64,000 bases of DNA from the human T2T-CHM13v2.0 reference genome, Homo sapiens (GCF_009914755.1 NC_060925.1), one strand, 5' to 3'; positions 38,126-51,973 are shown, numbered from the stretch's first letter. Made by a program: numbers and translations. Notes: generated by a model from the sequence alone, not told the origin.

Positions 38126-38974
38126 GGAAGGGCTTCAGAGCCTGTAAGGAAACAGAGGTCATCCACATGCTAGCCAATGTTCCTTGTGGCCATTGTCACT
38201 GAGTGTGGCCTCTGCTTTCCCCTTTCCAATGGGCAAGTTACTGCCCTGGGCCCGGGACTGGGTGGGGTTCTCCGAAGGAGGCACGTAATTCAGCAATCTT
38301 CATATATCTTCTCCCTCACTTTCCCTGGGGGCCTCCCCAAAGCTGGAAGGGTGGTGACTCTCCAGGACAGGCAAATCTCTCATCCCTCAGCTCTACCAAC
38401 CCTGCTCTTGGAGGCAGCCTGGAGTGCCAAGAAGGCAGGACAGGATTAAACAGAGGCCTCGCAGACAGCCCAGCCTGGAGCCAGGGATGGAGGGGCATGC
38501 AGGAAGAAGAGATGGGGGTGGGCAGGACAAGGGTTCCATTGTCACGACTGCCCAGAGGCTTTGGATGGAAGAGTGCCCCTCCCCCAGCCCGAGGTCTAGC
38601 TGCAACTGCAGAATCAAAAGGCTCCTCTCTAATGCAGCTGGCGGGGGTGTAATTCATACATGTTTCTGGAAAGCTATTGGCAGCAAGTGTTGAGAGCCTT
38701 AAAAATGTTCCTGCCCTCCACTTCTAGGAATTTGTCCTAAAGAAATTATCCGAAATGTGGGTAAAGACTCTTGTCCAAGAATGTTCTTCACTGTACTGTT
38801 TATAAACATCCAACACTAAAGCAGTGGTTAAATCATAGCACACAATGAATTATTAAGCAGTCATTAAATGGAGTTTTTGAGAATATTACAATAATATGGG
38901 AAAATGCTCATGCCCTAGGATCTAAATAGGATCCTAGGATCCCTTAAGATCTAAATAGAAAACAGAAGATGGTA

Positions 38975-39265
38975 CATTCTCAGCAAACTATTGCAAGGAA
39001 CAAAAACCAAACACCGCATGTTCTCACTCATAGATCGTAATTGAACAGTGAGAACACTTGGACACAGGAAGGGGAACATCACACACCGGGGCCTGTCACG
39101 GGGTGGGGGCAGGGGGTGGGATAGCATTAGGAGATATACCTAATGTAAATGATGAGTTAATGGGTGCAGCACAACAACATGGTGCATGTGTACATATGTA
39201 ATAAACCTGCATGTTGTGCACATGTACCCTAGAACTTAAAGTATAATAATAATTTAAAAAAAAAC
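38975..39265 (+). mobile_element. 5'-truncated L1PA 3' end with 14-bp TSD
   Basis: ttctcagcaaacta...gcacatgtaccctagaacttaaagtataataa + A tail; TSD aacagaagatggta at 38961-38974 and 39266-39279. Confidence 0.92.
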
Positions 39266-39359
39266 AACAGAAGATGGTAAACTGTACACACAATACCACC
39301 CAACACTTAAATGAGTTCCCACTTGTATAGAAAAACGCCTGGAAGGAAATATATTAAAA

Positions 39360-40008
39360 ATTCCAGCAATTCCACTACAGGATATATAGACAAAGGAAAT
39401 GAAATCAGTATGTTGAAGAGATGTCTACACTCCCATGTTCACTGCAGCTTTGTTCACAGTAGCCAAGATATGGAATCAACCTAAGTGTCCATCAATGGAT
39501 GAATGGGTAAAGAAAATCGGTACATGTACACAACGGATACTGTTCAGCTTTAAAAAAAAACTTACAATTTATGACAACATGGGTAAACCTGGAGGACCTT
39601 ATGTTAAGTGAAATAACCCAGGCAAAGAGACAAATACCATATGATCTCACTTATATGTGGAATCTAAAAAAATTGAACTCGTAGAAGTAGAGAGTAGAAT
39701 GGTGGTTACCAGGAGCTGGGCTGGGTGGGCAGTTGGGGAGATGTTAGAGGATAAAAAATTTCAGTTAGCTAGGAGTAAATTCAAGAGATATATTATACAG
39801 CATGGTGACTATAGTTAACAACAATGTATTGTATTCTTGAAAATTCCTAATAGAGTTTATATTAAGTGTTCTCACTACTAAAAAATAAGCATGTGAGGTA
39901 ATGCAGATGTTAATTACCTCAATTTAGCCATTCCACAATGTGTGCATATTTCAAAACAACAGGTTGTACATGGTAAGTGTGTACAATTTTTATCTGTCAA
40001 TTAAAAAA
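39360..40008 (+). mobile_element. L1MA-type 3' end, nested in an older L1M relic
   Basis: caacctaagtgtccatcaatggatgaatgg...tctcacttatatgtggaatctaaaaa...gtcaattaaaaaa. Confidence 0.8.
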
Positions 40009-40131
40009 TGTAAGTTATTCTGGTTGGTAGGAAATTACATTATTTTAATTTTTTTCTCTATGCTTTTTAATACATTCTTTTTTTTTTTTACAATAAATAT
40101 GTCTTGTTCCTATAAGAGAAATGTAAATGTA

Positions 40132-40133
<2 letters not shown>

Positions 40134-40170
<37 letters not shown>
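40134..40170. repeat. (TG)~18 microsatellite
   Basis: Directly visible. Confidence 0.95.
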
Positions 40171-40173
<3 letters not shown>

Positions 40174-40652
40174 AACAAGGTAAAGCAAAACTGTTGTAGG
40201 ATACATGCTTAACTGGCCCTTTGTTTCACCCATATATGCACATATGCATATGCACTATCCCCAATTCCTGGTTCTTTTGTCTTTGGATGCACTAAGCATG
40301 CTGAGTAAACCTTGACTTGACTCTGCTCAGATGAGGTGTCAAAAGTTGGTCAGCTTGTGTTTCCCCTGCTACTTGGAAAAAGCTGTAAATAGGACATCCT
40401 GAGGCCTTGGTTCTGGTTCTCACTTTGTGACCTTGGGCCAGTTACTTCCCCTCTCTGAGTCTTGGCTTTCCAACTGGAGAATGAGCCAGCTGAGCCCCAA
40501 AGACTCAAGATGCCTTCTTGGTGAAAAATGCTTTATCTGCTGGAGCTGGACCTCATTGGCCATGAGAGCTGTGCTTGGGACACAAAGTTAAAATGGGAAG
40601 CCCCCAGAGATTTAGGATTGTTAGTGTCCCCTTCATGAACCATGTCATGGAC

Positions 40653-41021
40653 TGTATTCATCTGTTCTCATGCTATAAAGAACTGCCTGAGACTGGGTAA
40701 TTTATGAAGGAAAGAGGTTTAATTGGTTCCGCATGGCTGGGGAGGCCTCAGGAAACTTACAGTCATGGGTGGATGGGGAAGTAAACACATCCTTCTTTAC
40801 ATGGCAGCAGGGGAGAGAAGTGTAGAGCAAAGTGAGGAAAAGCCCCTTATAAAACCATCAGATCTTCTGAGAACTCACTCACTATTATAAGAACAGCATG
40901 GGGAAACCACTCCCATGATCTAATCACCTCCCACAAGGTCTCTTCCCCAACACATGGGAATTACAATTCAGATTACAATTCAAGATGAGATTTTGGGTGG
41001 GGACACAGCCAAACCATATCA
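40653..41021 (-). mobile_element. THE1-family (MaLR) solo LTR
   Basis: Minus strand begins TGATATGGTTTGGCTGTGTCCCCACCC and ends ...TACA; 5-bp TSD tggac/tagac. Confidence 0.88.
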
Positions 41022-42066
41022 TAGACCAAAGGCGATTTGAAGCTCTACTCAGAGCTGTTTGTCCTAGGACCTGGAGTTGGTGGCACTGGAACTTCTGCTC
41101 TAACCCAGGAATGCTGGGTTGGCATGGTGAGAAATGGGTCTTCTTGATGGTTCACACGTTCATGCAGCAAATGCCTACATGCCTACCGCATGCAAAGCCT
41201 TGCACTAGACACTGGGAACAGCACAGAGATGGAGCAAATAGGAACCCACCACACGGAGTCACCAAGGAAGAAAGGACAGTGGCTGAGTGATGACACCAGA
41301 GAGAAAGTACACAGCACCGCAGGAGAGGCACAGGGAAAGTGCTTGAGAATTCAGCAGAACTAGGTCCTGAAGAAATGAAGCATGTGGTTGGGGAGGGAAT
41401 GAAATAACCAAAGCCTTGGGAAGAGATGAATGGGGAAAGTGGGCGATTTGCTTCAGGGAAGGGTGAGGTGAAAGGTGTAAAGGGAGGAAAGGCTGGAAAG
41501 GAAGCAAGATTAAGACGGGCTGTAAATATCTGACCAAAGATCCTGGCACTGACTCATTCATTCATTCATTCATTCACTCAGCAAACATTTCCTATATTCC
41601 AACATGTAGAAGAAGGCAATTCAAGGCTTGAACCTGGGCTGGCATTTTGTAATGGATGCTGCTGTCCACGAGGGAAATCAGCCAAGAGAGAAATGGTTCA
41701 GAAACCCCTGAAAAAGCATGGCTCTCGAAGTATTTGTTATCACTTTGGAAGGGTCCTAGGAGCAAAGGGAAGCTGTTTCCTAAAGGCATTGATACAACGT
41801 GCTAACTTAGCTTTAAAAAGCAACACAATGCCTTAGAAAGAGAGTCAGAACCAAAGGCAGGCAGGAAGAAGCGGGAGAAGAGGCAGCACTGGCTGAGCCC
41901 CTGCAGTGGGCTGTGCTAAGTATTCTACCGAGGGCAGGCCATCTTCACTATTACCCTCTGAGACAAGTACAACCAAGCTCCAAGAAGCTGAGTAATCACA
42001 ACTCACCCAAGCCTGCACAGGGAGTAAATGGAAGAGCTAGTGTTTGAATCAAAGGCTGAGAAGGCA

Positions 42067-42374
42067 GGCTGGGTGCCGTGTCTCAAGCCTGTAATCCCAG
42101 CACTTTGGGAGGCCAAGGTGGGCGGATCATGAGGTCAGGAGTTCGAGACCAGCCTGGTCAACATGGTGAAACCCCATCTCTATTAAAAATACAAAAAAAT
42201 GAGCCAGGCTTGTTGGCTCACACCTGTAATCCCAGCTACTTAGGAGGCTGAGGCAGGAGAATCACTTGAACCCGGGAGGCAGAGGTTGCAGTGAGCCGAG
42301 ATCATGCCACTGCCCTCCAGCTTGGGTGACAGAGCAAGACTCGGTCTCAAACAAACAAATAAACAAACAAAAAA
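42067..42374 (+). mobile_element. AluS with (AAAC)n tail and TSD
   Basis: Full dimer; gctgagaaggc on both flanks. Confidence 0.93.
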
Positions 42375-43259
42375 TGCTGAGAAGGCTTTCCTGTGTCATG
42401 CCTCCTAATCACCAGAGTTTGAACTCATGGAATCTGTGTGCACAGGAATCTAGGGCACTGGGCTCAGATTTGGTGAATTTCAACAAAACCCTAGGAGAGT
42501 TGGAGGAGGCAGAGAAAGGCTGCCAAAGTGGCAGAGAGATACAGTGGGGGTGGAGAGAACTGGAGCTGCCCAACAGGAGCTATGTGTGAGGACTGGCCAC
42601 AGGGTCAGAGACGCGGCATGCTAGGCAGAGGGCAATGCTTTCACACGCTGTCACACGACCATGCAGCAGGGCTGGAGTACGTCTCACGTTACAAGCTAAC
42701 ATTTGTTTGGTGGGCACTGTGCTGAGGGCTTTGTGAATACACAAATACACAATAGCATTGTCAGGGGTAAACAATACGTTATTATAATACATTGAACACA
42801 TAGAATACAATATTCATAGCATATTGTGATACATTTACTGGCACAAATTAAGGACTCAAGAAATGCTAGCTATTTTATTGCACACAAAGATAGCCTGTGA
42901 GATTGATACTATTATTATCTGTTTTACCATTGAAGAAACAGATGTTTAGAGCAGTTAAGCAGTTCAGCCTTAAAGACAGAAAGCCCGCACGTGTTAGAGC
43001 AGGGTTTGAAGCTGGGATTGGAGTCCAGGCCTAACCCCAGAGCCAGCTCTCTTAACTACTGGGTTCTACTGTCTGTAAAACTAGAATGAGACTCACACGC
43101 CTTGCTCCATAGTGCCCCTGTTAGAGAGCTCAGGGGCTGGATGGGTGAGGGTTTGATGCAGGGAGGCCAGCGGCGTGCTTAGGAAGGGAAAGCTGGGGCA
43201 GGACGAGGAAGGTAGAAGGTGTGTGTGAGACATATAACAGGTCGCTATGCACAATGTGT

Positions 43260-43740
43260 AAGGCACTCATACAGATAATAAAAGGCAACACACCTATCAA
43301 AAATGGGCAAAGAACGTGAACAAGTTACCAATTGAAATCTTATAAAGAATTAGTAAGCTTTGAAAAGATACTCAACCTTACTAACTATCAAGGAAATTAA
43401 CATTTCAAAATACCATTTATTTTCACCCAGTAGAGTGGCAAAATTTTAAAAAGATTGACAACAATATTTAGGGTTGGCAAGTGTGTTAGGGAAACACTCT
43501 TATATATTGTTGATAGAGTATGAATTAGCACAGTCTTTTTGGAAGGTAATTGGACAATATCAAAACGTAATATGCACACAGCCTAGGTTCTCATTCTAGG
43601 AATCTGTCCTACAGAAATACTCATGCATATGCTCAAACACATATTTGTACAGATGATTACTAAAGCATTGGGGTAATCTAACTGTCCATCAATATGACAC
43701 TCTCTACATCAATTCTGATCCATTAATACTCTGGAACAAT
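43260..43740 (+). mobile_element. Old L1M (L1ME-like) fragment, continuing at ~44070-44340
   Basis: aaaatgggcaaagaacgtgaaca...cttttggaaggtaattggacaatatc. Confidence 0.55.
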
Positions 43741-43746
43741 TAGCTG

Positions 43747-44065
43747 TTTTATTATTTATTTATTTATCTGTCTATTTAGAGACAGGGCCTCATTCTTTTG
43801 CCCAGGCTGGAGTGCAGTGGCATGATCATAGCTCCCTGCCACCTCAAATTCCTGGGCTGAAGTGATCCTCCCCGCTCAACCTCCCAGGTAGCTGGGACTA
43901 CAGGTGTATGCCACCATGCCAGGCAGATTTTTTATTTTTCATTTTTTGTAGAGACAGGATCATGCTTTGTAGCCCCAGTTGGTATCAAACTCCTGGCTTC
44001 AAGTGATCCTCCCACCTAGGCCTCTCAAAATGTTGGCATTACAGGTGTGAGCCACCACGCCTGGC
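43747..44065 (-). mobile_element. AluJ
   Basis: Antisense dimeric Alu with (TTTA)n tail. Confidence 0.9.
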
Positions 44066-44944
44066 CAAGGGCAGTTTTAAAAAGATGAAATAATGAAGTG
44101 GGAAGCTACACGTGATGGCTTTAAGTAAGAAAAAAGAAAATCACTGAACGTTTTATATAGTGTGATAAGAAAGCTAAGGGGAGATATACACTAAATGATT
44201 CATAAGAGGGATGGGAAAGGTAGATTAGAGGCTAAGAGCTATCATTTTATGTTATATATGTTTTGTTTTAAAATTTGTTACACAAGCCTAAGTTGTTTTG
44301 TAATTTAAGAATATCAAATAATCACTTAACATTTCTTTAAAAAGATGTGTGGATGGCAGCCCAAAGCAATTTGAGCGTGATTTTCAGATAGGACAAATTA
44401 CTTCTGTGAGCAAGAGAGTGAGGATGTCTGGTGCCATGGAGTGATCATGAGTTTGGGACTCAGAATTCTCATCCTGGCTCCACACATTTGTGGCCTTGGA
44501 TGGGTTACTGAACCTTGGGGCGTCTGTTCCCTCATGGGTAAAATGGACATCACTCGTGGCTGTGGCTTCCTCTGCAGGTGACATGTGTCATGATCTTATA
44601 ACACAGCACTGGTCCCCAAGTTGGGAAGGATCCAGATAATTGTTTACCAGCTGGGAGAGGGGGTGAGTCTAGAGGCCAGGGCCCTGGTTGGTCATGCTTG
44701 CCACTTCCTATGGTGTAAACACTTCCACCATGGCTGACTTCAAGCTACCAGCGTGGAGCCTGCTCCAGCACACTCCTGCAAGGACTTCAAAGGTCATTTA
44801 TGCCAAGCACCACCCTGTGCTTGAGTCATCTCTTCCACATCCATGAAAGGTAGAGCCAGACCTGCCCCATGGAGCTGCCTCCCGCTCCTAGGAGTATTTC
44901 TCCTGAGGGCCACACAAAAAGTGCTCAAGATCCTGGTAAGTTAC

Positions 44945-45177
44945 CTCGGCCTTAACTTTGGGCTCCCACATTCCACCCCCTCCCTGGTTCCTTTCCCCTG
45001 GATGCTCACTCAGGGTGTGCTGCTACTGCAGGTTCCCCTACCCTATCCTAGAAGGGCAGGAATTTGCTGAGGCTGCTATTTTATAAGAGCCCAGTCCTTG
45101 GGCCCAGCCTCACTAGGAGCAACAAAGAGTGACTGGGACCAGGTCCGTGGGAAGTGGGGGCGGTTTGTGGGGTGACG
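44945..45177 (-). promoter_or_regulatory. Candidate second RAB7B promoter and non-coding first exon (~45055 to 44945)
   Basis: Half-CRE TGACG 45173-45177, GC box 45157-45163, ETS GGAAGT 45150-45155, TATAAAA 45085-45079, donor GAG|GTAACT at 44944. Confidence 0.45.
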
Positions 45178-47245
45178 CAGCCTGGCTCACCTAGGAGGCA
45201 CACGCAGATCTCATACAGTGGTTGGAGTCCCTTTCCATGTCATCTCTGCTGGGCTTTGGCAGTAGCCGTCTTTTTTTTTTTTTAGAATTGAAGTTTTTTA
45301 TTAGAAACTTTTTAACTATGAATTCAATTTTTAAAGAAGCGTAGGACTATACAGCTTATCTATTTCTTTTTGAGATAACTTTGGTAATGTGTATCATTAA
45401 GGAATTTTTCTATTTCATCTCAGCTGTGAAATGTATAGGAATAAGTTGTTCATAATATTTCCATTTTATCCTTTATCTGTAAAAAGTGTAGTGTTGTCAC
45501 TAAGCCTCATTCCACCCACTCAGCTGACTCAGATGCTTCAAACCAAGGAATCCTCCTAGAGGCTAGGCTGAGTCATCCTCTACTGTTAAGTAACAGTGAA
45601 AAGCAGGATTGAAATGCAGGACTCTGCCTTCAGCCAGCCCCGGTCCACACAGAGCAGAACTTGCGGTGACTGACTCCCCACTGGAGGTCCCCAGCTCTTT
45701 CCCCTTCTTGTCTGGCAGCACTTCTAAGCCTGGAGTCCTGGTCCTGCCCATTTGCCAAAGCTACAGTGTAGCTCAGCCCCTGTGGAGTAAGAAGGACTGA
45801 GCTGTTGCCAAGCCCCAGTGCCTGGCACCAGCCCTCCAAGAACGCTGGAACCCCCTTCCCTCTCATTTCTCACTTCCTTTCTCTCCTTACCCCGCTGGCT
45901 CCAACCTGAAACCAGGTACAATCTTCTGTCGCATCTGCATTGGGTGGGGTATCACTTCTGCTGACAGGAGACGAGTGAGCAGGGGCAGGTAAGGATTCTG
46001 AAGCAGACAGAGTCTCCCGCCCCCATCATACTATCTTTCCAGGCTCTTGTCCACTTTCAGCACCTCCCCTCCTGATCCCATACCTTGGAAAAGGACAAAT
46101 ATATCCACCCTAAAAAATAATGGGACCTACAATCTTGGAAGCAAAATTTGTCTGTGAAAAGAGGCTATGTAGAGAGCACAAGGCTTTGTTGCCTCCCAGT
46201 AATGTTCACAATTCCGCCTTACCCACCTCAACCCTAGCAGGTCTAGACCTGCTCCCTCTGGGAAGTGTACCTACAGCCCTGGTTTCAGGAGGCTTGGCGC
46301 TCTTGTTCTTTAGGTTATTTGAGGATCTTGTCTCCTTGAGTAGACTGTCCATGCCTGGAGGGCAGGGCTGTGCCTCACACCTCTCTGTATCCCACTAAAG
46401 AGCCTGACCAATGCTGGGATTCTAGAGGTTTCCATGAACAGCCATCCATCCACTCATCCATCCATCTGTTCATCTGTCTGGCACAGGCAGTGCATGCTTA
46501 CTAAGCCCCAGCACTGTGTAGGTCTAAAGATACAGACAAGTTACTATCTCCGTGGGACCTTTGTGGTGGGAGATTGATCTGTAAGCCCAAAGAAATTATT
46601 TGTATTAATACATAATACCTAGCAATTATAGAGCACTTGCAGTTTACAAAATGCCACTGAAGCCCAATGGATACCTGGGTCAAGAACTGGGTATAGAACC
46701 CAGATCCGTCCGACTCTATTCATTGGCTCCCCTGGCATTGCAGCACTGGGCAAGGAGAAATATTTATGATTTAGAACAGGAGTGATAATTTCCTACTCCA
46801 GGGGCCAAGCTTCCCCTGATGAGACCCTTAGGCCAACACAATTCCATCCCAGAAGGCACTCTGTCAATGTCACAAGGGGACTCTGGGTGCCAGCAGGGTT
46901 TTGCCCTCATGCAGGGCTCTAGTTTCTGGCAGGTCCTGCAGGTTTGAGGCAGCAGCGCCATCCTCTCCTGACTGGGCCAGCAGCTGCGTCCTGGGACTGA
47001 TGGCCTTTGTGGGTCTCCGAGCTGGGCCTCAGCTCTTCGCACAGGCAGGGAAGTCTTTTCTTGCTGCCACACCCTGGGAGCTTCTCCAGGGTGGGGTCTT
47101 AGGGCTGGATTTAAACTCTGCAGCTGCCAGATTGGAAATCTCATCCTTGCATTCCCTGCCTCCACTCCTCCACCCAAATACCCAAATAACTCCCAGGGCT
47201 GCAGGGGCAGACAGAAGCACTGAGACAAGCTCCCGGGGCACTTAC

Positions 47246-47440
47246 AGCTGTGGCTGTGCAGCACTCGGCCTCCGCTCTGAGGGCAGCTGGGAGTCCTCTC
47301 TCAGTCTGGTGGTCTCTTCTTAGAGCAGTGGTCTCAGCAGGGCCAGGGAAGAGGCTCTGGGACAAAGACAGGCAAAAGAAAGTCTGTTGAAGCCACGCCA
47401 CTTCCCTCTGAGTTTTCCTCCTCTCCCTCTCGTGCACAGA
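47246..47440 (-). other. RAB7B: Probable RAB7B non-coding exon 1 (5' end approximate)
   Basis: Perfect GTAAGT donor at 47245-47240; exon 2 has an acceptor upstream of its ATG so an upstream exon is required; promoter motifs adjacent. Confidence 0.6.
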
Positions 47441-47480
47441 CTTGGGAAAGTTGCAAAAGAGGCTGGGCCGGGTGACCTCA
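47399..47480 (-). promoter_or_regulatory. RAB7B proximal promoter motifs: PU.1/ETS-like GAGGGAAGTG (47408-47399), C/EBP-like TTGCAAAA (47451-47458)
   Basis: Motif matches; TATA-less, consistent with the known myeloid expression of RAB7B. Confidence 0.4.
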
Positions 47481-47826
47481 GCTGTGTGGGTGGAGGGGGT
47501 GGAGTGGAATGGAAAAGCTAGGCTCCAGAGCTGACTGGATTTGGGCCCTTCAAGAATTTCATTTATAGGAACCGTGGCCCATGGTGATGAGGATGGGAGC
47601 TATGGGTCAGGGGGCCTGCAGGGTAACATGTCCCATTTGTGGGCCCCATAAAGAGCCTCTGGTTGGCTTTAGAAACTTCTGCTTCTGCTGCTGGAAGCCA
47701 CCCAGTAAAGGGGCCCTTTTGTTTTCGTTGAGGTTTTAGATACACATGGGTAGAAGATTCAGTCCTACCACCAGCCTGGTAGGAAGAGGTTCTGGTCCTT
47801 ATGCTTTGCCCTTATCCCAGTACCTG

Positions 47827-47829
<3 letters not shown>

Positions 47830-47877
<48 letters not shown>

Positions 47878-48863
47878 CTCCCCTACTCCAATACACACAG
47901 CACACACACAGAAAACATACATACATGCCACACACCACACACACTGCCCACACACACCCCACACATGCACACCACACATGCAAGCAACACCCAAACATAC
48001 ACACAATATACACACCACACACACACACCACATACACAAACTCCACACATACATACCACACACAACACACACAAATAACACACGCACCACACATCACACA
48101 CATCACACAAACACACCATACACACACACCGCACACACCCCCCGCACATACACACCACACACAAACACCACACATACATACCACACACCACACACACATC
48201 ACACACACACCCCACACATACACACCACACACAAACATCACAGATCCATATCACACACAACACACACAGCAAACACACCACACAAACACCACACATACAT
48301 ACCACACACAACACACACTACACAAACACACCACACATACACACCACACACAAATGCCATGCATACATACCACAACACACACAAAACACAAACACACCAC
48401 ACACAGCACACATACATGCCACATACAAGATACACACCACACGTACACTCCACACACAAACACCATACATATATACCACACACAACACACACTCCACACA
48501 TACACACCACACATACATAGCACACACAATACACACGTACTACACAAACACACCACATACACACCATATATACCACAGACACACCACCACACACACACAT
48601 ACACACCACATACACACCACATACACACACATACACACACATACATACACACCACACACACAAACAACATACATACACTTACACACAGAAGCAACACATA
48701 TGCATACCACACACATGCACATCACGCACACAAATTACATACACACCACACACACCACACACACATCGCACACACACACACCACATACACAAACAACATA
48801 TATACATACCACAGACAACACACATCACACAAACACATCACACACACCCATGCCACGCACACA

Positions 48864-48894
<31 letters not shown>

Positions 48895-48900
48895 AACAAA
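47830..48900. repeat. ~1.07 kb CA-rich tract: pure (AC)23 at the left end, degenerate core, (GC)5(AC)n at the right end
   Basis: Directly visible. Confidence 0.95.
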
Positions 48901-49748
48901 TACATACATTAAACTCCACACCAGGCTTGTGAGATATGAGGCAAGTCCTGACGTCTCCTCTCAAGTGAGGATTGTGACCCAACCTGAAGTACCTAGGAGA
49001 CTACAGCAATTTAAAACGCCGCTAGCATGCGGCTAATTTGGTATCTCTTTGAGCTGCCTGGAACCATGCCTGGAATCGCTATGACTGGCGGATGAAAGCA
49101 GAATGAAATGAGTTTAGACAGGCCTTGCTCAGGGGATACAAGGCCTCACCAGAGCCCCCTCAAGTCGTGTAATGCATTGGATGTCCCCTTCTGCCCCCAC
49201 ATCTCTGGGGGCAGATTGTGCCTCCTTGGGCCCATTCTTCATCTAATAATCCTCTGGGTCAGGGAGTTCTTCCTCGTATCCAACAGAAGTCTCTGACTCT
49301 GCTCTGTGGCTGCTGTCTACGTCTCATCTGGCCGATTAGACTACACATTTCTCGGGGGGGTGCAGAGCGAGTATCCTTGAATCCCACACTGGGCTGCTCA
49401 CGGTGCCAGGTACAGGCCTGGCCTGGGTATGTTGTGTGTGGTTTCTTCAGTGGAAAAAAAGGTGAAGCTGATTTCCTTGTTTCAATTAGCAAACATTCCT
49501 GGAGGGAGGAGGCAAAGGTTTCCATGGAGAGCAGCACTGGGTGGCACACACTGAAGCTGGAAAACCTCCACCCTAGAGCACATTCACCCCAAATATTCCA
49601 CCTGGGTGACTTGGGAAAGCGGGCATCAGGCCACCCTCAGGCCAACCACTAATTTTTGATGACTGACTTGTTCTTAAATTGTTGCCCTTTAGAATTTCCT
49701 CCCATAGTCTTCTACTTTTTTCTGAGGCCAAGTTTTAAGTGAACACTT

Positions 49749-49787
49749 GTGTGTGTGTGTGTGCACGTGCGAGAGAGAGAGAGAGAG
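49749..49787. repeat. (TG)n-(AG)n compound microsatellite
   Basis: Directly visible. Confidence 0.85.
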
Positions 49788-51428
49788 AAGGGATTAGACA
49801 GCAAGCCCCCACAGGGGCGTAGAGGCACATTTGATCCTCTTTTAGAGAAGATGTGAGCGTTCTTGTGGGGCCCACTGCTGCCGAGGGTGCTTTGGGAATG
49901 GGAAGTGAACTGTCCATGCTGGTCCTTACAGCCTTTGCACATGGGACTGAAACTGGTACTTTCAGGGTCTATTTGCAGAACTATCCCAACACCTTTGGAA
50001 TCCAAGTCGTCAGCCACCCTCAGACTCTAGTCCCCACTTCCTCCAGCCACGTGGATGAAAAGTCAGCAATTTCCCTTCTGTTCCTGTGACACATGCTCCA
50101 GAGGAGAATGACGCCAGCTTCGACCCTGCAGAGGAGGCCCTGACGCTGTATTCATCCTCACTGCTTCCTTCCTTTCCTCCTGTAGGTGTTCATTCAATGA
50201 TCTGAGCCTTTCAGACCCTTTCAAGGGTGCAGAAATGGAGAATTGCATTTTTTCAGTGGAAATAAAACATGGAGCAAATAATGGCATAAGAAACACAGCT
50301 TAAGGGTTGTGGGGATTTAGAGGAAGGAGAGATTAGTTCTAGTTAGGAGAAGTCGAAGAGGGCTTTATGGAAAGGAGGCACTTGAATTGGAGCTTGAAGG
50401 ATGCTGAGGATAGGATTGTGCAGATGTGTGGTGAATGGAGCAGGAAGTCAGGCTCAATATGCAGAGAAACGATGTGGGGCCAGGGAGAGGAGATGCTGAA
50501 CCTCTGGCTGGCAGAAGACAGAGTGTACGGGAAGGGCTCCAAGTCATAGCTGAGCACCTTCACAGTGCATCCCATGGGCTGAGATTTCAGTCTAGTGTCT
50601 CACAGCACTGTGTCTGACAGCTTTTCACTGTCATCTTAACACTCATTGAAAGGGAGTCATTTTGGGGAAACGGCATGTTCCTCTGATGAACAGAGGAGAT
50701 GGAATCCTAGGACTAAGTGTACAAGTAAGAAAATCGGGATGATTCCGTTTGGTGCAGGGTAGACTAGATGTCCAGGGAGAACAAGTGGTCAAACTGAGGC
50801 AAAGCCCTGGGAACCCTGGAAGTTGCATCAGCTTGGATTGCATCTGGCGTGCAGCGGGGCACCATTGCGAAGTGTACATCAGGGGAAGGGTGTGATTAGA
50901 GCTGGGCTTCAGAAATATTTACCGATCAGGCACTGGTTTGTCGGAGGGCAAGAGACAGAATCACTGTCAGGATGTTCCTGGAATATTTCTGGTGAAAGGT
51001 AATGACTGGAGGGTGGGGACAAGGAAACAGATCACAGAAGGATTTCTGTGGCAGAACCAGCAGGGTCGTTGTGAAGACTGAATGATGTTGTGTGGCTTAG
51101 GCATCACTTTCACACTGCAGCCTCCACTACTCAGACTCCTGGCCAGCACCAGACCAGCACATTCAACAGCCAGGGCAGCCCTTGCACAGAAACGGCCCTT
51201 CCGAAAACCCTCAGGGGTGCTGTCTGACAATGGGCTCCCACATGGCTCTTGGGGTGCTTTGTCTTAGATGAAAAATCATAAAGCCATTTACTGTAGGGCT
51301 TTCTGCCTTTTATGAGACTCGCCTATGCAGAGTGAAGGTCTGTGGCCTGATGAGCACAGGCATGTAAGCTAGGTAAATGTTTACGTATGTGCAATGTCAT
51401 TGCATCCTCACAATAACCCCATGCAGCA

Positions 51429-51973
<545 letters not shown>

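Noticed and set aside
47746-48982. Similar His/Thr and Cys/Val ORFs up to 335 aa
   Set aside because: Same low-complexity artefact
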